The position numbers were made by a program, and so were the translations under genes. A stretch of DNA of 64,000 nt from a virus, in the IMG/VR virus record IMGVR_UViG_3300050144_000109, positions 84,451 to 148,450 of that record. The stretch is one strand, 5' to 3'. Under the pieces are notes generated by a model, which saw only the letters and a list, made by a program, of their open reading frames with translations, did no database searches and had not been told where the DNA came from. Of this stretch, positions 10,299-20,527 are shown in pieces. How positions within the stretch are numbered: position 1 is the first letter of the stretch; every line of letters begins with the position of its first letter.

Positions 10299-11171
10299 AT
10301 GCCTCGTCTTACTGATGCGTTACTGACTGGCCAGGCGCAAAGCCGTGGTCGTCAAGTGCCGTTGATTGACATCCAGTATGGTGGTCAGAACGGTTATGCG
10401 CCGAACATGGGTGAGTGGGCCAGTACCACCCACTACGTCCGTCGCAACTTGGTGTGTCTGCTGCTGGAAGCCCCCAAGGGTTTCAAGGACATGCCGGATC
10501 CCACCTTCTGGGTGTCGGCTCTGAAGTCCATGGTGGAAGTGCACGCCAAGTCGTGGGATGGTTTCACGTCCGGCCTGACGGTGGATGTCGGTGCTGAAAC
10601 GGCTGTGGGTGGTGGTGGTGAGAAGTTCCATGACTTCACCAACGTGACCCGTGCACAGACTGTTCCTGTGGCAACCTTCACGGATTTGTATGGTCGCCCG
10701 ATTCAGCAATTCCTGCATGACTGGATCACGTACCTGATCGCTGATCCGGACACCAAGGTGCCAATGCTTTCGACGGTCTCTGGTAAGGCTCCTACGGACC
10801 TGCTGGCGGACATGTACTCGGCAACGATGCTGTTCTATGAGCCGGACCCCACCCACACCAAGGTGGCCAAGGCTTGGCTGACCACCAACATGTACCCGAA
10901 GACGACCGGTGACATTCTGGGTAAGCGCGACCTGACGGCCGCTGGTGAAGCGCTGGAGCTGTCGGTGGAGTGGACTGGTCTGACCCAAACGGGCATGGGT
11001 GTGGTCAACTTCGCTCAGCAACTGGTGGACAACATCATCCTGACGAATGCCAATCCGAACCTGCGTCAAGCGTTCATGCAAGCCATTGACTCGGATGTGG
11101 ACGGTAACTTCGCTGCTGCTTACCACGGTGGCGTGACCACCATTGGTGCTGAAGCTGTCCAGCCGAGCTGA
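10299..11171 (+). CDS. Tail tube protein (phiKZ gp30-like)
   Basis: 290 aa directly after the sheath; GGQNGY, LLEAPKGF, FYEPDPT and AWLTTNMYP motifs. Confidence 0.85.
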   Translation: MPRLTDALLTGQAQSRGRQVPLIDIQYGGQNGYAPNMGEWASTTHYVRRNLVCLLLEAPKGFKDMPDPTFWVSALKSMVEVHAKSWDGFTSGLTVDVGAETAVGGGGEKFHDFTNVTRAQTVPVATFTDLYGRPIQQFLHDWITYLIADPDTKVPMLSTVSGKAPTDLLADMYSATMLFYEPDPTHTKVAKAWLTTNMYPKTTGDILGKRDLTAAGEALELSVEWTGLTQTGMGVVNFAQQLVDNIILTNANPNLRQAFMQAIDSDVDGNFAAAYHGGVTTIGAEAVQPS

Positions 11172-11181
11172 CCTTTGACTT

Positions 11182-11251
11182 AACGTCATAACTCTCCATC
11201 TACTCCTCAAGGGTTTAAAAGCCCTGAAGGAGTAGATGGAGTCTTTATGAA
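11182..11251. terminator. Bidirectional hairpin between convergent units
   Basis: CTCCATCTACTCCT/AGGAGTAGATGGAG stem; TTATGA tail on both strands. Confidence 0.75.
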
Positions 11252-11464
11252 GTAAAAAAGAAAGCGGTTACTTTCTTTTGACCATCTGGCCCAGTCGTTC
11301 ACATAAGTGACCGTAGCTGAGAATGCTGAGTGCAATCCAGTTGACGATGACTATTGTGATTTTTTGAGATCGGGAAAGTTGGCACATTTGTTTTGTTCAT
11401 GTTTGGGTGCAGCTTGCGAATTCCTTTTAAAGTTACTCGCAAGCTGCACTCATCAAAACAACGT

Positions 11465-12013
11465 TCAGCTGTTGTCCTTGAGGAAGGTTTCTTCTGCCAG
11501 CTTGGCCAGGAACTGGTGCGTCGGTGTCATCACACTGGTCGCACCTTTCATGCCAGTGTTCACCATCTTGATGGTGGTGTATCCGTTCTTCACGATGTCC
11601 TTGCCACCGTCCTTGATGGCGGGGAACGTGCGCTGACGCTCGAAGGTGGCCTCCACATGACCGCCGATCAGGGATGCTTTCATGAAGGCGTCCTTGGTGC
11701 CCGGTTCACTGGCCAGGTACTCGAATGCCAACATACCTACGGCACGGGTGCTGGCAGACGCAAAGTCGTTGCCGTAGTTGATCGCGGCCTTGTAGGACTC
11801 TGGTGTCACATCGTCCGGCATGTTCTTGGTGAACACTTCCTTGTGGATGTTGAACTGGTTGCCGTCCTGGATGACGTCCGGCTTGATCTTCTCTGCCAGA
11901 GAGACGATGCTCTCCAGGCGCAACAGGTGCTTGGCCTTGGTGGCGGAAGCTTGTTCGACAGCGCTCTTTTGAGCGATTTCAGCTGCAGCAGGGTTGTTGT
12001 TGCTCGTGGTCAT
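11465..12013 (-). CDS. Hypothetical protein, probably highly expressed early protein
   Basis: 182 aa, AGGAG SD, codon bias like the sheath and tube genes. Confidence 0.7.
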   Translation of the reverse strand: MTTSNNNPAAAEIAQKSAVEQASATKAKHLLRLESIVSLAEKIKPDVIQDGNQFNIHKEVFTKNMPDDVTPESYKAAINYGNDFASASTRAVGMLAFEYLASEPGTKDAFMKASLIGGHVEATFERQRTFPAIKDGGKDIVKNGYTTIKMVNTGMKGATSVMTPTHQFLAKLAEETFLKDNS

Positions 12014-12049
12014 TTGTTCACTCCTAGTGGTTGTGGTTCGTGGATTTGG

Positions 12050-12388
12050 TCAGTACCGACGACCGTTGAACCCGCGGTCTTGGCTGTAGCTGTTGTAACC
12101 ATTCGGCTGGTACTGCCTGGGTGCTTGCTGCACCTCTTCGATCACTTCGCACTTCTTGAGGAGATGCTTTGTGATCACACGCACCTTGACATTGACGGCA
12201 TCAGGCATGATGCTGCCAACGAGCAGGTACTTCTTTCCAGCAAACTCGTACGCCACCTTGGTGATGACATCTGGGACTGCTAGACTGGTGTCGAGTTCAC
12301 CCACACTGACAAGGGCTTCAAACCCTTGTCGGGACTGGTTGATGATGGTTTGGCTTTCGTAATTCTTGCCATTGAAAACGAGGATCAA
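12050..12388 (-). CDS. Hypothetical protein with Q/N/Y/G-rich C-terminal tail
   Basis: 112 aa, TTG start with AGGAG SD, downstream of the promoter at 12419-12445. Confidence 0.65.
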   Translation of the reverse strand: MILVFNGKNYESQTIINQSRQGFEALVSVGELDTSLAVPDVITKVAYEFAGKKYLLVGSIMPDAVNVKVRVITKHLLKKCEVIEEVQQAPRQYQPNGYNSYSQDRGFNGRRY

Positions 12389-12418
12389 TTCGAGTACTCC
12401 TGTAGGTGATACACATTG

Positions 12419-12445
12419 ATGATCTATGACTATAAAAATTTGGAA
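12419..12445 (-). promoter_or_regulatory. Putative early promoter, 27-nt motif
   Basis: Minus strand TTCCAAATTTTTATAGTCATAGATCAT. Confidence 0.7.
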
Positions 12446-12450
12446 TGAGA

Positions 12451-12834
12451 TTACCGCAAACGCGCCAGTACAGATTCCAAACCTTTGAGACTATGTTGCT
12501 GGTCTTTGATTTGACTTGTGGTTTCCAGGATGAGTTTGTTGATGACAGATTTGATGGTCTGTGCAATGTCTACGTAAAGATCCTGTTGCCTGCCGTACTG
12601 AATGTAAAAACGCAGAGGGTTTGTACCTTGTACGTCAATCTGAAGAGGTGCACTCAAGTTCATTTCTTTGATGAACTCTAGAAAGATCAAACTTCTAGTG
12701 TCGTCATCTTTTCGATTCCCTACAATTTGTAGATCAACCACACCAGATATTTTAACAGCATCTACGCGGTCTGGTGTGAACAACAGCGCGGCAGCACTGG
12801 TGACAATGGTTTCTAAATCACAATACGAACTCAT
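12451..12834 (-). CDS. Hypothetical protein
   Basis: 127-aa ORF in the minus-strand early cluster. Confidence 0.6.
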   Translation of the reverse strand: MSSYCDLETIVTSAAALLFTPDRVDAVKISGVVDLQIVGNRKDDDTRSLIFLEFIKEMNLSAPLQIDVQGTNPLRFYIQYGRQQDLYVDIAQTIKSVINKLILETTSQIKDQQHSLKGLESVLARLR

Positions 12835-12933
12835 GGAAATCTACCCTAAACAAAAAAAAAGAATGAAAGACTAGACCATGAGCAAAAAAGAAGGGACTCT
12901 GCCGAATCCCCTCTCTTTCATTCCCCTACTAGC

Positions 12934-13182
12934 TCAAGCATTCAGGGAGGCAATGGCTGTGCGCGCTGTCTCCCAGCGAAACTGTTCCAGCTCTTCCGGG
13001 TTAGAGAAGCTGAAGTGGTGTTGCTCGCCTTGCTTGGTGAATACGGTCGCTACGTTAGGAGCGTAACGAATCTGTTCGATCTCGACGAAGTGGACGGACT
13101 TGGATTGCACCAGCCCAGTGCCCCACTTCATCTTGGATGGATGCAATTCCACCTCGACGTTTCCTGCTGTGACTGTTTTCAT
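12934..13182 (-). CDS. Hypothetical protein, possible stand-alone PH-like domain
   Basis: 82 aa, GAGGA SD, ATGA overlap with the upstream gene; C-terminal strand-helix HHFSFSNPEELEQF. Confidence 0.6.
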   Translation of the reverse strand: MKTVTAGNVEVELHPSKMKWGTGLVQSKSVHFVEIEQIRYAPNVATVFTKQGEQHHFSFSNPEELEQFRWETARTAIASLNA

Positions 13183-13622
13183 TTCTGTTCCTCCGAGAAC
13201 CTGCGACAGAAAGCGATGACCTTTTCCGATTTGGTGGTCATCGGACGAAGCCTACACATCTCGTCAATTTGTGTTTTCTGAATATGTGCAAGCCAAAACT
13301 TTTTCAGATCTTCCTCTTCAGTGAAAGGCATGTGCGGAATCGCACTGACCTTGAAGGCCATTGTAATACTTCTTCTACCAAGAATATCACTACTCCTGGT
13401 GACTCTGATCCCAAGCATCTCCTTGGAGAACTCGGCGATCATATCCAGTTTCAACTGGACGTCGTGGTCTTCATCTGTCTGGCGGATGATGGCATTTGCG
13501 AACCTGCCATCATCCGCAATCGAGACGATGAGGTCTGCCTCACCTCTCTTGAAGACTCTGGCAGAAATCCAGCGCAAGCACTGGATTTCATTGTAGTTCT
13601 TGATTTCTTTCTTTTCACTCAT
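13179..13622 (-). CDS. Hypothetical protein
   Basis: ORF track 13179..13637; ATG at 13622 with GGAGG SD. Confidence 0.6.
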   Translation of the reverse strand: MSEKKEIKNYNEIQCLRWISARVFKRGEADLIVSIADDGRFANAIIRQTDEDHDVQLKLDMIAEFSKEMLGIRVTRSSDILGRRSITMAFKVSAIPHMPFTEEEDLKKFWLAHIQKTQIDEMCRLRPMTTKSEKVIAFCRRFSEEQK

Positions 13623-13623
13623 T

Positions 13624-14025
13624 TCAAACCCTCCCAATCAGTGACGAGATGTCTTCGAGTTCGTCTGAGGTCTCGCCAATGTGCCGTTGAAGGTTGGTGA
13701 TCTTTGCCGTTCGCGCCATGATGGAGTTACGTATTGCGGCGTTGATGAGTGCGTCAACATCCTTCACTTCCGAAGAGCTCTTCCAGTCGGTAACACCCAC
13801 TACGATTTTCTCATTCTCATGGATGATGAAGGCGTTTGCCACGAGGTTCATCATCTCGACCCAAATAATCTTGATCGGTTTGAATGCTACACTGTGTTCA
13901 ACTACTACCTCGAACATGTATTTAAACACAGACCCTTCGGGGTTTTCGACTTCTTTGACTTCAGCACTAAAGCCTTTCATGAGGCGCTCGGTCCCTTGGA
14001 CCAGGAGTTCTTGTTGCTTGTTCAT
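13624..14025 (-). CDS. Hypothetical protein with C-terminal coiled coil
   Basis: 133 aa, AAGGA SD, first gene after the promoter at 14091-14117. Confidence 0.65.
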   Translation of the reverse strand: MNKQQELLVQGTERLMKGFSAEVKEVENPEGSVFKYMFEVVVEHSVAFKPIKIIWVEMMNLVANAFIIHENEKIVVGVTDWKSSSEVKDVDALINAAIRNSIMARTAKITNLQRHIGETSDELEDISSLIGRV

Positions 14026-14090
14026 TTTGGTTCCTTCTTACTGGTTGCGCAAACAAAGAGTACTGAGAATTCAATACTCCATTCGTTATT

Positions 14091-14117
14091 GTGATATGTG
14101 ACTATAAAAAAATGCAA
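14091..14117 (-). promoter_or_regulatory. Putative early promoter, 27-nt motif
   Basis: Minus strand TTGCATTTTTTTATAGTCACATATCAC. Confidence 0.72.
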
Positions 14118-14179
14118 GTAGATTTATAAGTAAGGGTGAGAAGACTGGATCCACCCACCCTTACCTTGTCTGAATTACT

Positions 14180-14818
14180 TCAAGATGCCGCTAGGTTCAA
14201 AGCGTTGATCAACTTACCCATTGCGATGCTGGCACTGCGATTGGTCGAGTAGAACACTAAAATGAATGTAGGCTGACAGCCGTCAGTCACTATGCGCACA
14301 TTGATGCTTCTGCCCAGGAGCCAGAAGTCAGTGACATCTTTGGCCTTGAAGTAGTGCGCCTTGCGGTCTTCCATCAGACCGTTCGGATAGCCTTCCAGTT
14401 TCACAAACCCAATGCAGTGGTTCTCGCCCGGTTTACCTTTAACCAATGAAATAGGCGCCTCTTCTTTGACAGCCGGTTCTTCCTTTGCTGGGCGTTCGGG
14501 GGTATCTTCTCGGAACCGGATGTACATTCCGCTAGGGTACCCTCTGAGTGTGAGGTCGCCAATATAACGACTATCATTTAGCTTCATCCGAAGTTGTTCA
14601 GCAGGTCGCCCGGTGTCAGCGTTGTACTGGATCGAGTATTCAATTGCCGAGTAGTTGTTCGCATCCTTGATCCGAGCAATGTGAATCAGCGACGAGCCAC
14701 TTAGAGTCTGGGTCAGTATCTCGTTGATTTCTTTGAACACTGGTCCATTGAGTTTGTCATTGTTCAGGAGGTCAGCGATGCTGGCACCAGTGAGAATCGG
14801 TTCGATTTCTTTAGACAT
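14180..14818 (-). CDS. Hypothetical protein with C-terminal PH-like domain
   Basis: 212 aa, own promoter at 14889-14915. Confidence 0.65.
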   Translation of the reverse strand: MSKEIEPILTGASIADLLNNDKLNGPVFKEINEILTQTLSGSSLIHIARIKDANNYSAIEYSIQYNADTGRPAEQLRMKLNDSRYIGDLTLRGYPSGMYIRFREDTPERPAKEEPAVKEEAPISLVKGKPGENHCIGFVKLEGYPNGLMEDRKAHYFKAKDVTDFWLLGRSINVRIVTDGCQPTFILVFYSTNRSASIAMGKLINALNLAAS

Positions 14819-14888
14819 GGTTCTTCTTTCTTATTTACTATTTAACTGTGCTTGCTTTGTAACAGGATATTGTTAGACATCCTAATCA

Positions 14889-14915
14889 ATGATCTGTGAC
14901 TATAATTTTTTGCAA
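14889..14915 (-). promoter_or_regulatory. Putative early promoter, 27-nt motif
   Basis: Minus strand TTGCAAAAAATTATAGTCACAGATCAT. Confidence 0.72.
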
Positions 14916-14925
14916 TTAGAGCACT

Positions 14926-14983
14926 GACGGCATAAGACCCTGTTGCAATGGCCTCTTAAAGCCACGCAACAGGGTCTTAGACG
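14926..14983 (-). terminator. Hairpin with TTATGCCG tail
   Basis: TAAGACCCTGTTGC/GCAACAGGGTCTTA stem. Confidence 0.7.
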
Positions 14984-14995
14984 AGTTTAAACGTC

Positions 14996-15625
14996 TCAGT
15001 AGGGGATAGCTTCCAGCAAGTCGAAGTAAGCCGCTTCAGCAGCGTTACGCGTCTTGTAGTAAAGCGAGATCTTCTTCTCGCCATAGTCGAAGTCAATCTG
15101 GGCAGGCACCAGCGGAGTCGCGCCATTGCTCTGAGCAAAGCAGTCGATGAAGACGATGTTGTCGATGAATGAGCGGCGCAGGTTGTACACCTTGCCGACG
15201 ACATGTCCTGCGCCAACAACGTCGCCTACATTGGCGGTCTTCGGAATGGCTTCTTGACGAAGCTCAATCCACTGGTTGTAGCTAACGTCATGGTCATCTT
15301 GCGCCCGGATGTCTTCAGCAGCCTGGGTCAGCTCGCGCTTGCTGACGCCCATGGTGATCCAAACGAAGCCTGGCGTGTAGTACGACACAGCTGTCATACT
15401 GTTGGCCAGGAACTGGTCCAGGCGAACCTTTGCGTCTAGGCCAATATCCTTCAGGCGAATGCGGTGCACGATGAAGTCGCCAGACGCCCAAACGCAAAGC
15501 TTAGTGGATTGATGGAAGGTGATGGCAATCTGCTTGGCGACAGCCAGATCAGCAGCGGGAGCGATCGAAAGTACGGTGGCTGCGAGATTGCCCGAGGTGG
15601 TCGGATACTTGATGTACGTGGTCAT
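14996..15625 (-). CDS. Hypothetical protein with C-terminal PH-like domain
   Basis: 209 aa, AAGGA SD. Confidence 0.65.
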   Translation of the reverse strand: MTTYIKYPTTSGNLAATVLSIAPAADLAVAKQIAITFHQSTKLCVWASGDFIVHRIRLKDIGLDAKVRLDQFLANSMTAVSYYTPGFVWITMGVSKRELTQAAEDIRAQDDHDVSYNQWIELRQEAIPKTANVGDVVGAGHVVGKVYNLRRSFIDNIVFIDCFAQSNGATPLVPAQIDFDYGEKKISLYYKTRNAAEAAYFDLLEAIPY

Positions 15626-15715
15626 GTGAGATTCGAGTCCTTGTTTGGGAGAGAAGGTGAGTAGTGCGAGAAATGCTTTTGGTCTTGAAAACCGCTCACA
15701 CTATTTGACGATGGT

Positions 15716-16570
15716 TCAAATCGTCTTTGTACTAACGTACTTCTTGCAGATCCGGTTGAGTGTATTCTTTGCTTTTTGAAGACTACTGAAACTCAACTCA
15801 AATTCCTTGCTAAGCTGCTCGCTGAAGATGAGCAGCTGTATTCCAGCAGTTGTGGTATTTTCAATCCTGATGTTTGTTAAGGTGAGAAGTACCTCTTCTG
15901 GGAATACCGAGACTTCTCCGGTGTCAGACTGAATCTTGACAAACTTTGGTTTGTCTGAAAGAGTCTCTGTTTTAGGGATAGAGGCAGAGAACGGTTGGAT
16001 AGAAAAGTCGCGACTGTGCCCAACGACATTGTTAAACGCATCGTCATTTGCCTGCGTTGTACTGTCTTCTAATTGTAGCGTAATCTTAACAGATTCAGAT
16101 GATCCAGCGGATTCTGACAGATTAAAAATATACTTATCCGCACGAAGCTTTTCTACAACCTCTTCATAAGTCACGCCGTTCTTACCAGGGACACCCATCA
16201 TTCCCATAGAGCCTGGAATGCAAATAACATCCGTCTGCGATATTTCAAATGTGGTCCTGAGTTCATGGTTGCCAGAATAATTGGTCATGGCAATCTGAAC
16301 ATTCTGATTTTTCTTCAGGGTTTCTTCCCTGAGGAGAGCCACACTGTTATGTGAGCCGGAGTCGTACGCGACCTCGTAGGTTCGGGTCCCTCCATTGAGG
16401 TCTGTTCGAACCTTGATAGAGTGTCCAGCAATGAATATCCTTTTAAGTTCGGAGATGAAACTAATCTCGCCATCAGACACTCCTAGGTTTTGAAATGCAT
16501 TGACGCAAGATGCCAGGGTGCTGATAGAAAATGTCTGAAGCATTGTTGTGTATTTTTGTTCGGAAGACAT
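15716..16570 (-). CDS. Hypothetical protein with a short Gly-X-Y stretch and C-terminal PH-like domain
   Basis: 284 aa; GSMGMMGVPGKNG segment. Confidence 0.65.
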   Translation of the reverse strand: MSSEQKYTTMLQTFSISTLASCVNAFQNLGVSDGEISFISELKRIFIAGHSIKVRTDLNGGTRTYEVAYDSGSHNSVALLREETLKKNQNVQIAMTNYSGNHELRTTFEISQTDVICIPGSMGMMGVPGKNGVTYEEVVEKLRADKYIFNLSESAGSSESVKITLQLEDSTTQANDDAFNNVVGHSRDFSIQPFSASIPKTETLSDKPKFVKIQSDTGEVSVFPEEVLLTLTNIRIENTTTAGIQLLIFSEQLSKEFELSFSSLQKAKNTLNRICKKYVSTKTI

Positions 16571-16611
16571 GAGAGAGAAGATCCCGGTGCTGTGGCTGAT
16601 GAAGAGAGATG

Positions 16612-17559
16612 TTAGACCAAATGGTCTTTGAGGAAACGATTGATTCGTTTGTATGTTTTTAATTTAATCTCCGGGTCTTCAATATTAAACTCGATTGCAT
16701 CTTTATTCTTCCTGTGAATCCAGATGCTATTCTCGCGCATTTCTACTATTTCAATGTCTTGGGCCATTGATTTAGTGAGTACGACTCTTTCCGAGTTCTG
16801 CTTAAGGTTTTTAACTATCTCGATGATTGAGGGGACCCTCCTTTTGCGTGCTATTTTTTTAGGAGCTTCTAAATCATCGATTACTTTTTGACTTTCAGCA
16901 GGAAGTAACATTAATTCTTTCTTGTTAATGACCAGGGTCTGTGAATCAGGATAGACCACAGCGTGAACATCAGTGTCATCAAGCGCATCAAAGAACGATT
17001 TCAAATTTGAGATCTCTTGACCAGTGCCCTTGACTGTGAACGTGAGATTTGATCCAGTGCTGGATTTTTCACAAGTCACTTGAGTAGCTTCTGTGCAAAG
17101 CGCAAGCAGTATCTTGGCTGTGGACTTTGTCCAAGCATCACACTGGTCAGTAGACTGTGCGATTGTTTTTAGAATAGACATGGTCATGTTGTAATCTTGA
17201 GCTTTAGGGGCAGTGTCTTTCTTTGGATTTGGGATTATCTTTGAAAATGAAAACTGGTTACCGCCGAACACCAATGTCCAAGAAACGTACTCATACCGAG
17301 CGTAAATCTCCAATATGTCTTTGTATAGATATCCATTTAGATTCTTAAACTTAAACGTAATTTCTTGGTAGTCATGGTTAACATCTTCCTGAGTGATTTC
17401 AACAACTCGTTCTTCAGGAGCCCCAAGGTGCTCTTGGTCTAAATATAAAACAAACTCTGTTATGACGTTAACTAAACTTTTGTCATACGGAATATTACTC
17501 ACCATGAAGTTGAGTAGGTTGCCGCGCATCAGCGTGATCGAAGTATGCGGTTTGGTCAT
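16612..17559 (-). CDS. Hypothetical protein with C-terminal PH-like domain
   Basis: 315 aa, ATGA overlap with the upstream ORF. Confidence 0.65.
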   Translation of the reverse strand: MTKPHTSITLMRGNLLNFMVSNIPYDKSLVNVITEFVLYLDQEHLGAPEERVVEITQEDVNHDYQEITFKFKNLNGYLYKDILEIYARYEYVSWTLVFGGNQFSFSKIIPNPKKDTAPKAQDYNMTMSILKTIAQSTDQCDAWTKSTAKILLALCTEATQVTCEKSSTGSNLTFTVKGTGQEISNLKSFFDALDDTDVHAVVYPDSQTLVINKKELMLLPAESQKVIDDLEAPKKIARKRRVPSIIEIVKNLKQNSERVVLTKSMAQDIEIVEMRENSIWIHRKNKDAIEFNIEDPEIKLKTYKRINRFLKDHLV

Positions 17560-17795
17560 TTCATGGCTTCCAGTTGTGAGAGTATGGTCATCAGTTGTTC
17601 TTTCATCATTTCTGTTTTTCCAGCATAGTGACAGATTCCTTTCCGATCGTTTATGTTCCCCGGTGTAATGACAGCTTCACTGATCAATCCGATTTTAATT
17701 CCAAGATTAGTGATATCTTGTAAATTCTGCGCTAGTTCTACTGCGCATCTTTCTTGATCAGAAGACGCATCATCAACAAAGTAGGTTAATGCCAT
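17556..17795 (-). CDS. Hypothetical protein
   Basis: 79 aa, overlaps the start of the next gene. Confidence 0.45.
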   Translation of the reverse strand: MALTYFVDDASSDQERCAVELAQNLQDITNLGIKIGLISEAVITPGNINDRKGICHYAGKTEMMKEQLMTILSQLEAMK

Positions 17796-17992
17796 TTTGC
17801 ATTACGCTAAACAACACAGCGTGTGTTTAAAGCCCGACTTTGTTTACTGAAATAGACAATGCGCAATACCACCTAAGCATTTCTTCATGGCTAATCCCTT
17901 TTGACTAATGTGGCTATATGTGTGGATAATAAACAAAAAAGTGTTTCCTCTATCAATCTAATATTGAGAAGTTTTAAATTTATTTAACTATT

Positions 17993-18065
17993 GACGTCAG
18001 AAAAAAAGAAAGTACGTTCTGAACTATAATGGAGTTACCCACTACAAACAGAACGTACTTTCTTT
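17993..18065 (-). terminator. Hairpin with T-tract and CTGACGT tail
   Basis: AAAGAAAGTACGTTCTG/CAGAACGTACTTTCTTT stem. Confidence 0.7.
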
Positions 18066-18132
18066 AAACAATAGAGCGCAGCATAGAAAACACTAGCTCA
18101 AATACTTACAATAGTTCTTTAGAAGCCATGTT

Positions 18133-19872
18133 TTAATAAACTCTAGAAGTTGCCCCAATTGTCACAGACACGGTTCCATTTTGGTTGATGGTACATCTCG
18201 TAATCGGACCACTGGTAAGAAACTCGATCATGGTGTTCCATGTGTCAGCGTCTGATTGCGTGAAGAAATCGACCCCATTGTCAAAGCCATACCAGACAAT
18301 TCCAGCATGGTAAGGATCCCCTAACAGAAGTGTGATGACTGAACGCTGCATGTAAGCTAAGCGAGTAGGTGTGGCCAGAGAAGCATAATTCGGATTCTCT
18401 GAGGTCATCTCAGTCATGTACAGTGGTTTTGTAGGAAATCCCAATTGCGTCAAGATAGATCGTAAATTACGAGTGAAGCCGTAGGCTGCCAATGGACTAG
18501 GCAAAGCATTGCCGATATTGATTGGATAGGTATGGTACCCAATATAATCCACCGCGTTGATCATTGCGTTCGAGTTGGCGCTCAAGCAAGCACGCACATA
18601 ATCCGCACCCGCAGCACTGCCTCGATTTATCACATTAATGAAAGAAGGGCCTATGATTTTTGCTGAGGAATCTACAGACCGAATAGCTTCGGCAGCCTGA
18701 ACGACCATCTGAGACAACTCGGCCGGGGTTCCTGTGAAACCGATGAATGTAGTGCGTGCACTGGCATAGTTCACAAAAGGCCCAGTGCCTACAGTTGGAT
18801 AAGGTTCGTTGTAAATTTCATAGTGAATTCCTTGCCCAGCGTAACGCAGAGCGATTTCTCGGCACGCAATATACCAGCTACCCGTTGTGTTATTTGCCAA
18901 ATCAACCGGCGGTGTGTTGATGGCGCCTACTGCTGAGTGGAGTCCTGATTGTCCATACAAAGGAATTATCATTCGCTTACCAGCATGTCTAGCTACAAAG
19001 TAGTCTAAGACGGACCAGTCCCCTGCAGTGCTCTGACGTTGAGCACTTGTGAGCGGTAACCAATTCGTCTTCTCAATGAAGTGCATCATTGCAGCTAGAT
19101 TATTGCCGGTGGGACCATCATAGTTCAGAGAACGTACAGCCCCATAGTTCACTCCTAAGGGAACAGTAGCTGTCGTAGCAGGCTGCGGCCAACGATGCCA
19201 GTGTGCCCCGAACATGGCACTGGTCAGTGTACGTGGGGCTGTTGAGTTTACCAAAGTGGTAGAGGTTCCTGGAACAACTTCTAACGATGAAGAAACAACC
19301 TTCATAATCTTGCCAGCAACATAAGTATTTTCCCAAGAAAAGAATACTACGACGCGTAAGCCATTGGTGGAATACTGGTCGTACCAGTGATTGAGAGCTT
19401 GTGCACTTTGTAAGTACTCACTTTGTGCAGCATACATCGCAGATATGCGGACGTCATTGCCCCCACTACCAGCTACCGCAGCAAGCGTTACTGAGAACTG
19501 CCCGCCTATAGAAGTCGCATATTCAGCAGGTGCCGCTACTGCAATCGTATTACTGGGGTTGGTTGGATCAGATCCGTCAATCGTGCCAATACGTACATTG
19601 AATCGGCGTTCTAGGTTCGTGGTGGCCGTTGGCTTGTCATCAGGAGTTACTCCGCCGTAGGTGCCCGACTCATAGAGCGCAGTGAATCGAGCACGCCAAT
19701 CGGTGGTAAGACCACTGAGGGGCCCTGGTGGGATATCCACATGCCCCATATATTGCAGCGCACTATCCGTAGCAGCAATGCCCGTGCTAATTCTCGAATA
19801 TAGATTGTTATTGGTTACCGAATACCCTTGGGCGACTTGCGGGGATTGTGTGGCAAGTAGAGAATGAAACAT
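18133..19872 (-). CDS. Clan GH-A glycoside hydrolase (GH39/GH5-like), putative virion-associated depolymerase
   Basis: Acid/base motif YEIYNEP, nucleophile KPLYMTE, AKIIGPS and VDYIGYHTY; extra N-terminal beta domain; directly follows a collagen gene. Confidence 0.75.
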   Translation of the reverse strand: MFHSLLATQSPQVAQGYSVTNNNLYSRISTGIAATDSALQYMGHVDIPPGPLSGLTTDWRARFTALYESGTYGGVTPDDKPTATTNLERRFNVRIGTIDGSDPTNPSNTIAVAAPAEYATSIGGQFSVTLAAVAGSGGNDVRISAMYAAQSEYLQSAQALNHWYDQYSTNGLRVVVFFSWENTYVAGKIMKVVSSSLEVVPGTSTTLVNSTAPRTLTSAMFGAHWHRWPQPATTATVPLGVNYGAVRSLNYDGPTGNNLAAMMHFIEKTNWLPLTSAQRQSTAGDWSVLDYFVARHAGKRMIIPLYGQSGLHSAVGAINTPPVDLANNTTGSWYIACREIALRYAGQGIHYEIYNEPYPTVGTGPFVNYASARTTFIGFTGTPAELSQMVVQAAEAIRSVDSSAKIIGPSFINVINRGSAAGADYVRACLSANSNAMINAVDYIGYHTYPINIGNALPSPLAAYGFTRNLRSILTQLGFPTKPLYMTEMTSENPNYASLATPTRLAYMQRSVITLLLGDPYHAGIVWYGFDNGVDFFTQSDADTWNTMIEFLTSGPITRCTINQNGTVSVTIGATSRVY

Positions 19873-19890
19873 GATTTATTTATCTTTCTA

Positions 19891-20466
19891 TTAAGCAACG
19901 GTGCGAAGAGGTCTATTGATGACGGCGCCAATTGCATTTCTAGTTACAGCAGATTGAGTAACTGTCTTTGTGCCGTTTGGTCCTACATAAGTTACCGTAT
20001 ACGCATCTGTTGATCCTGGGAACAAGTCGCTGGCGAGCGTCATACTGTAAGATCCTGCGCTGCCGTCAGGCCATTGTACCGCATAAGAAATCATGTTGCC
20101 ATTGGCATCGTAAAGAATGGGGCCGGCCACCATATTGCTCGGATCTCCAGACCATGCAATGAGGTAACTATCTCCACCCACACTAGAAGCCCCGGTAAGA
20201 CCTGCTGGTCCTTGAGGACCTGTGTCACCCTTGACACCAGTAAGACCTTGAGGGCCGGTTGCACCTACTGCACCATTGGTGCCGTTAGTTCCTGCAGGGC
20301 CTGTAAGGCCCTGTGCGCCTTGAGGTCCAGTTAAACCAGTAGGGCCCTGAGGTCCTTGTGCGCCTTGAGGGCCTGTAGGTCCGGGTGTTCCTACAAGAGT
20401 CCCAGTGACAGGGTCTACTGATAAATTGAAATTAGTGACTTCCACTAATTGAATTGTGTTTGGCAT
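19891..20466 (-). CDS. Collagen-like (Gly-X-Y) fibre/adaptor protein
   Basis: More than 20 Gly-X-Y triplets followed by a beta-rich C-terminal domain; ATG at 20466 with AAGGGA SD. Confidence 0.75.
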   Translation of the reverse strand: MPNTIQLVEVTNFNLSVDPVTGTLVGTPGPTGPQGAQGPQGPTGLTGPQGAQGLTGPAGTNGTNGAVGATGPQGLTGVKGDTGPQGPAGLTGASSVGGDSYLIAWSGDPSNMVAGPILYDANGNMISYAVQWPDGSAGSYSMTLASDLFPGSTDAYTVTYVGPNGTKTVTQSAVTRNAIGAVINRPLRTVA

Positions 20467-20527
20467 ATGGGAATCCCTTGTGGAAATGGTAGAGAATATT
20501 TGATCACAAAATAACAACTTGAATATT

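Noticed and set aside
10320-11210. 296-aa antisense ORF spanning the tail tube gene
   Set aside because: Shadow frame produced by the strong codon bias of the sense gene; no SD and no protein-like features.
11393-12283. 296-aa plus-strand ORF
   Set aside because: Antisense to two minus-strand genes that have SD sites and a promoter.
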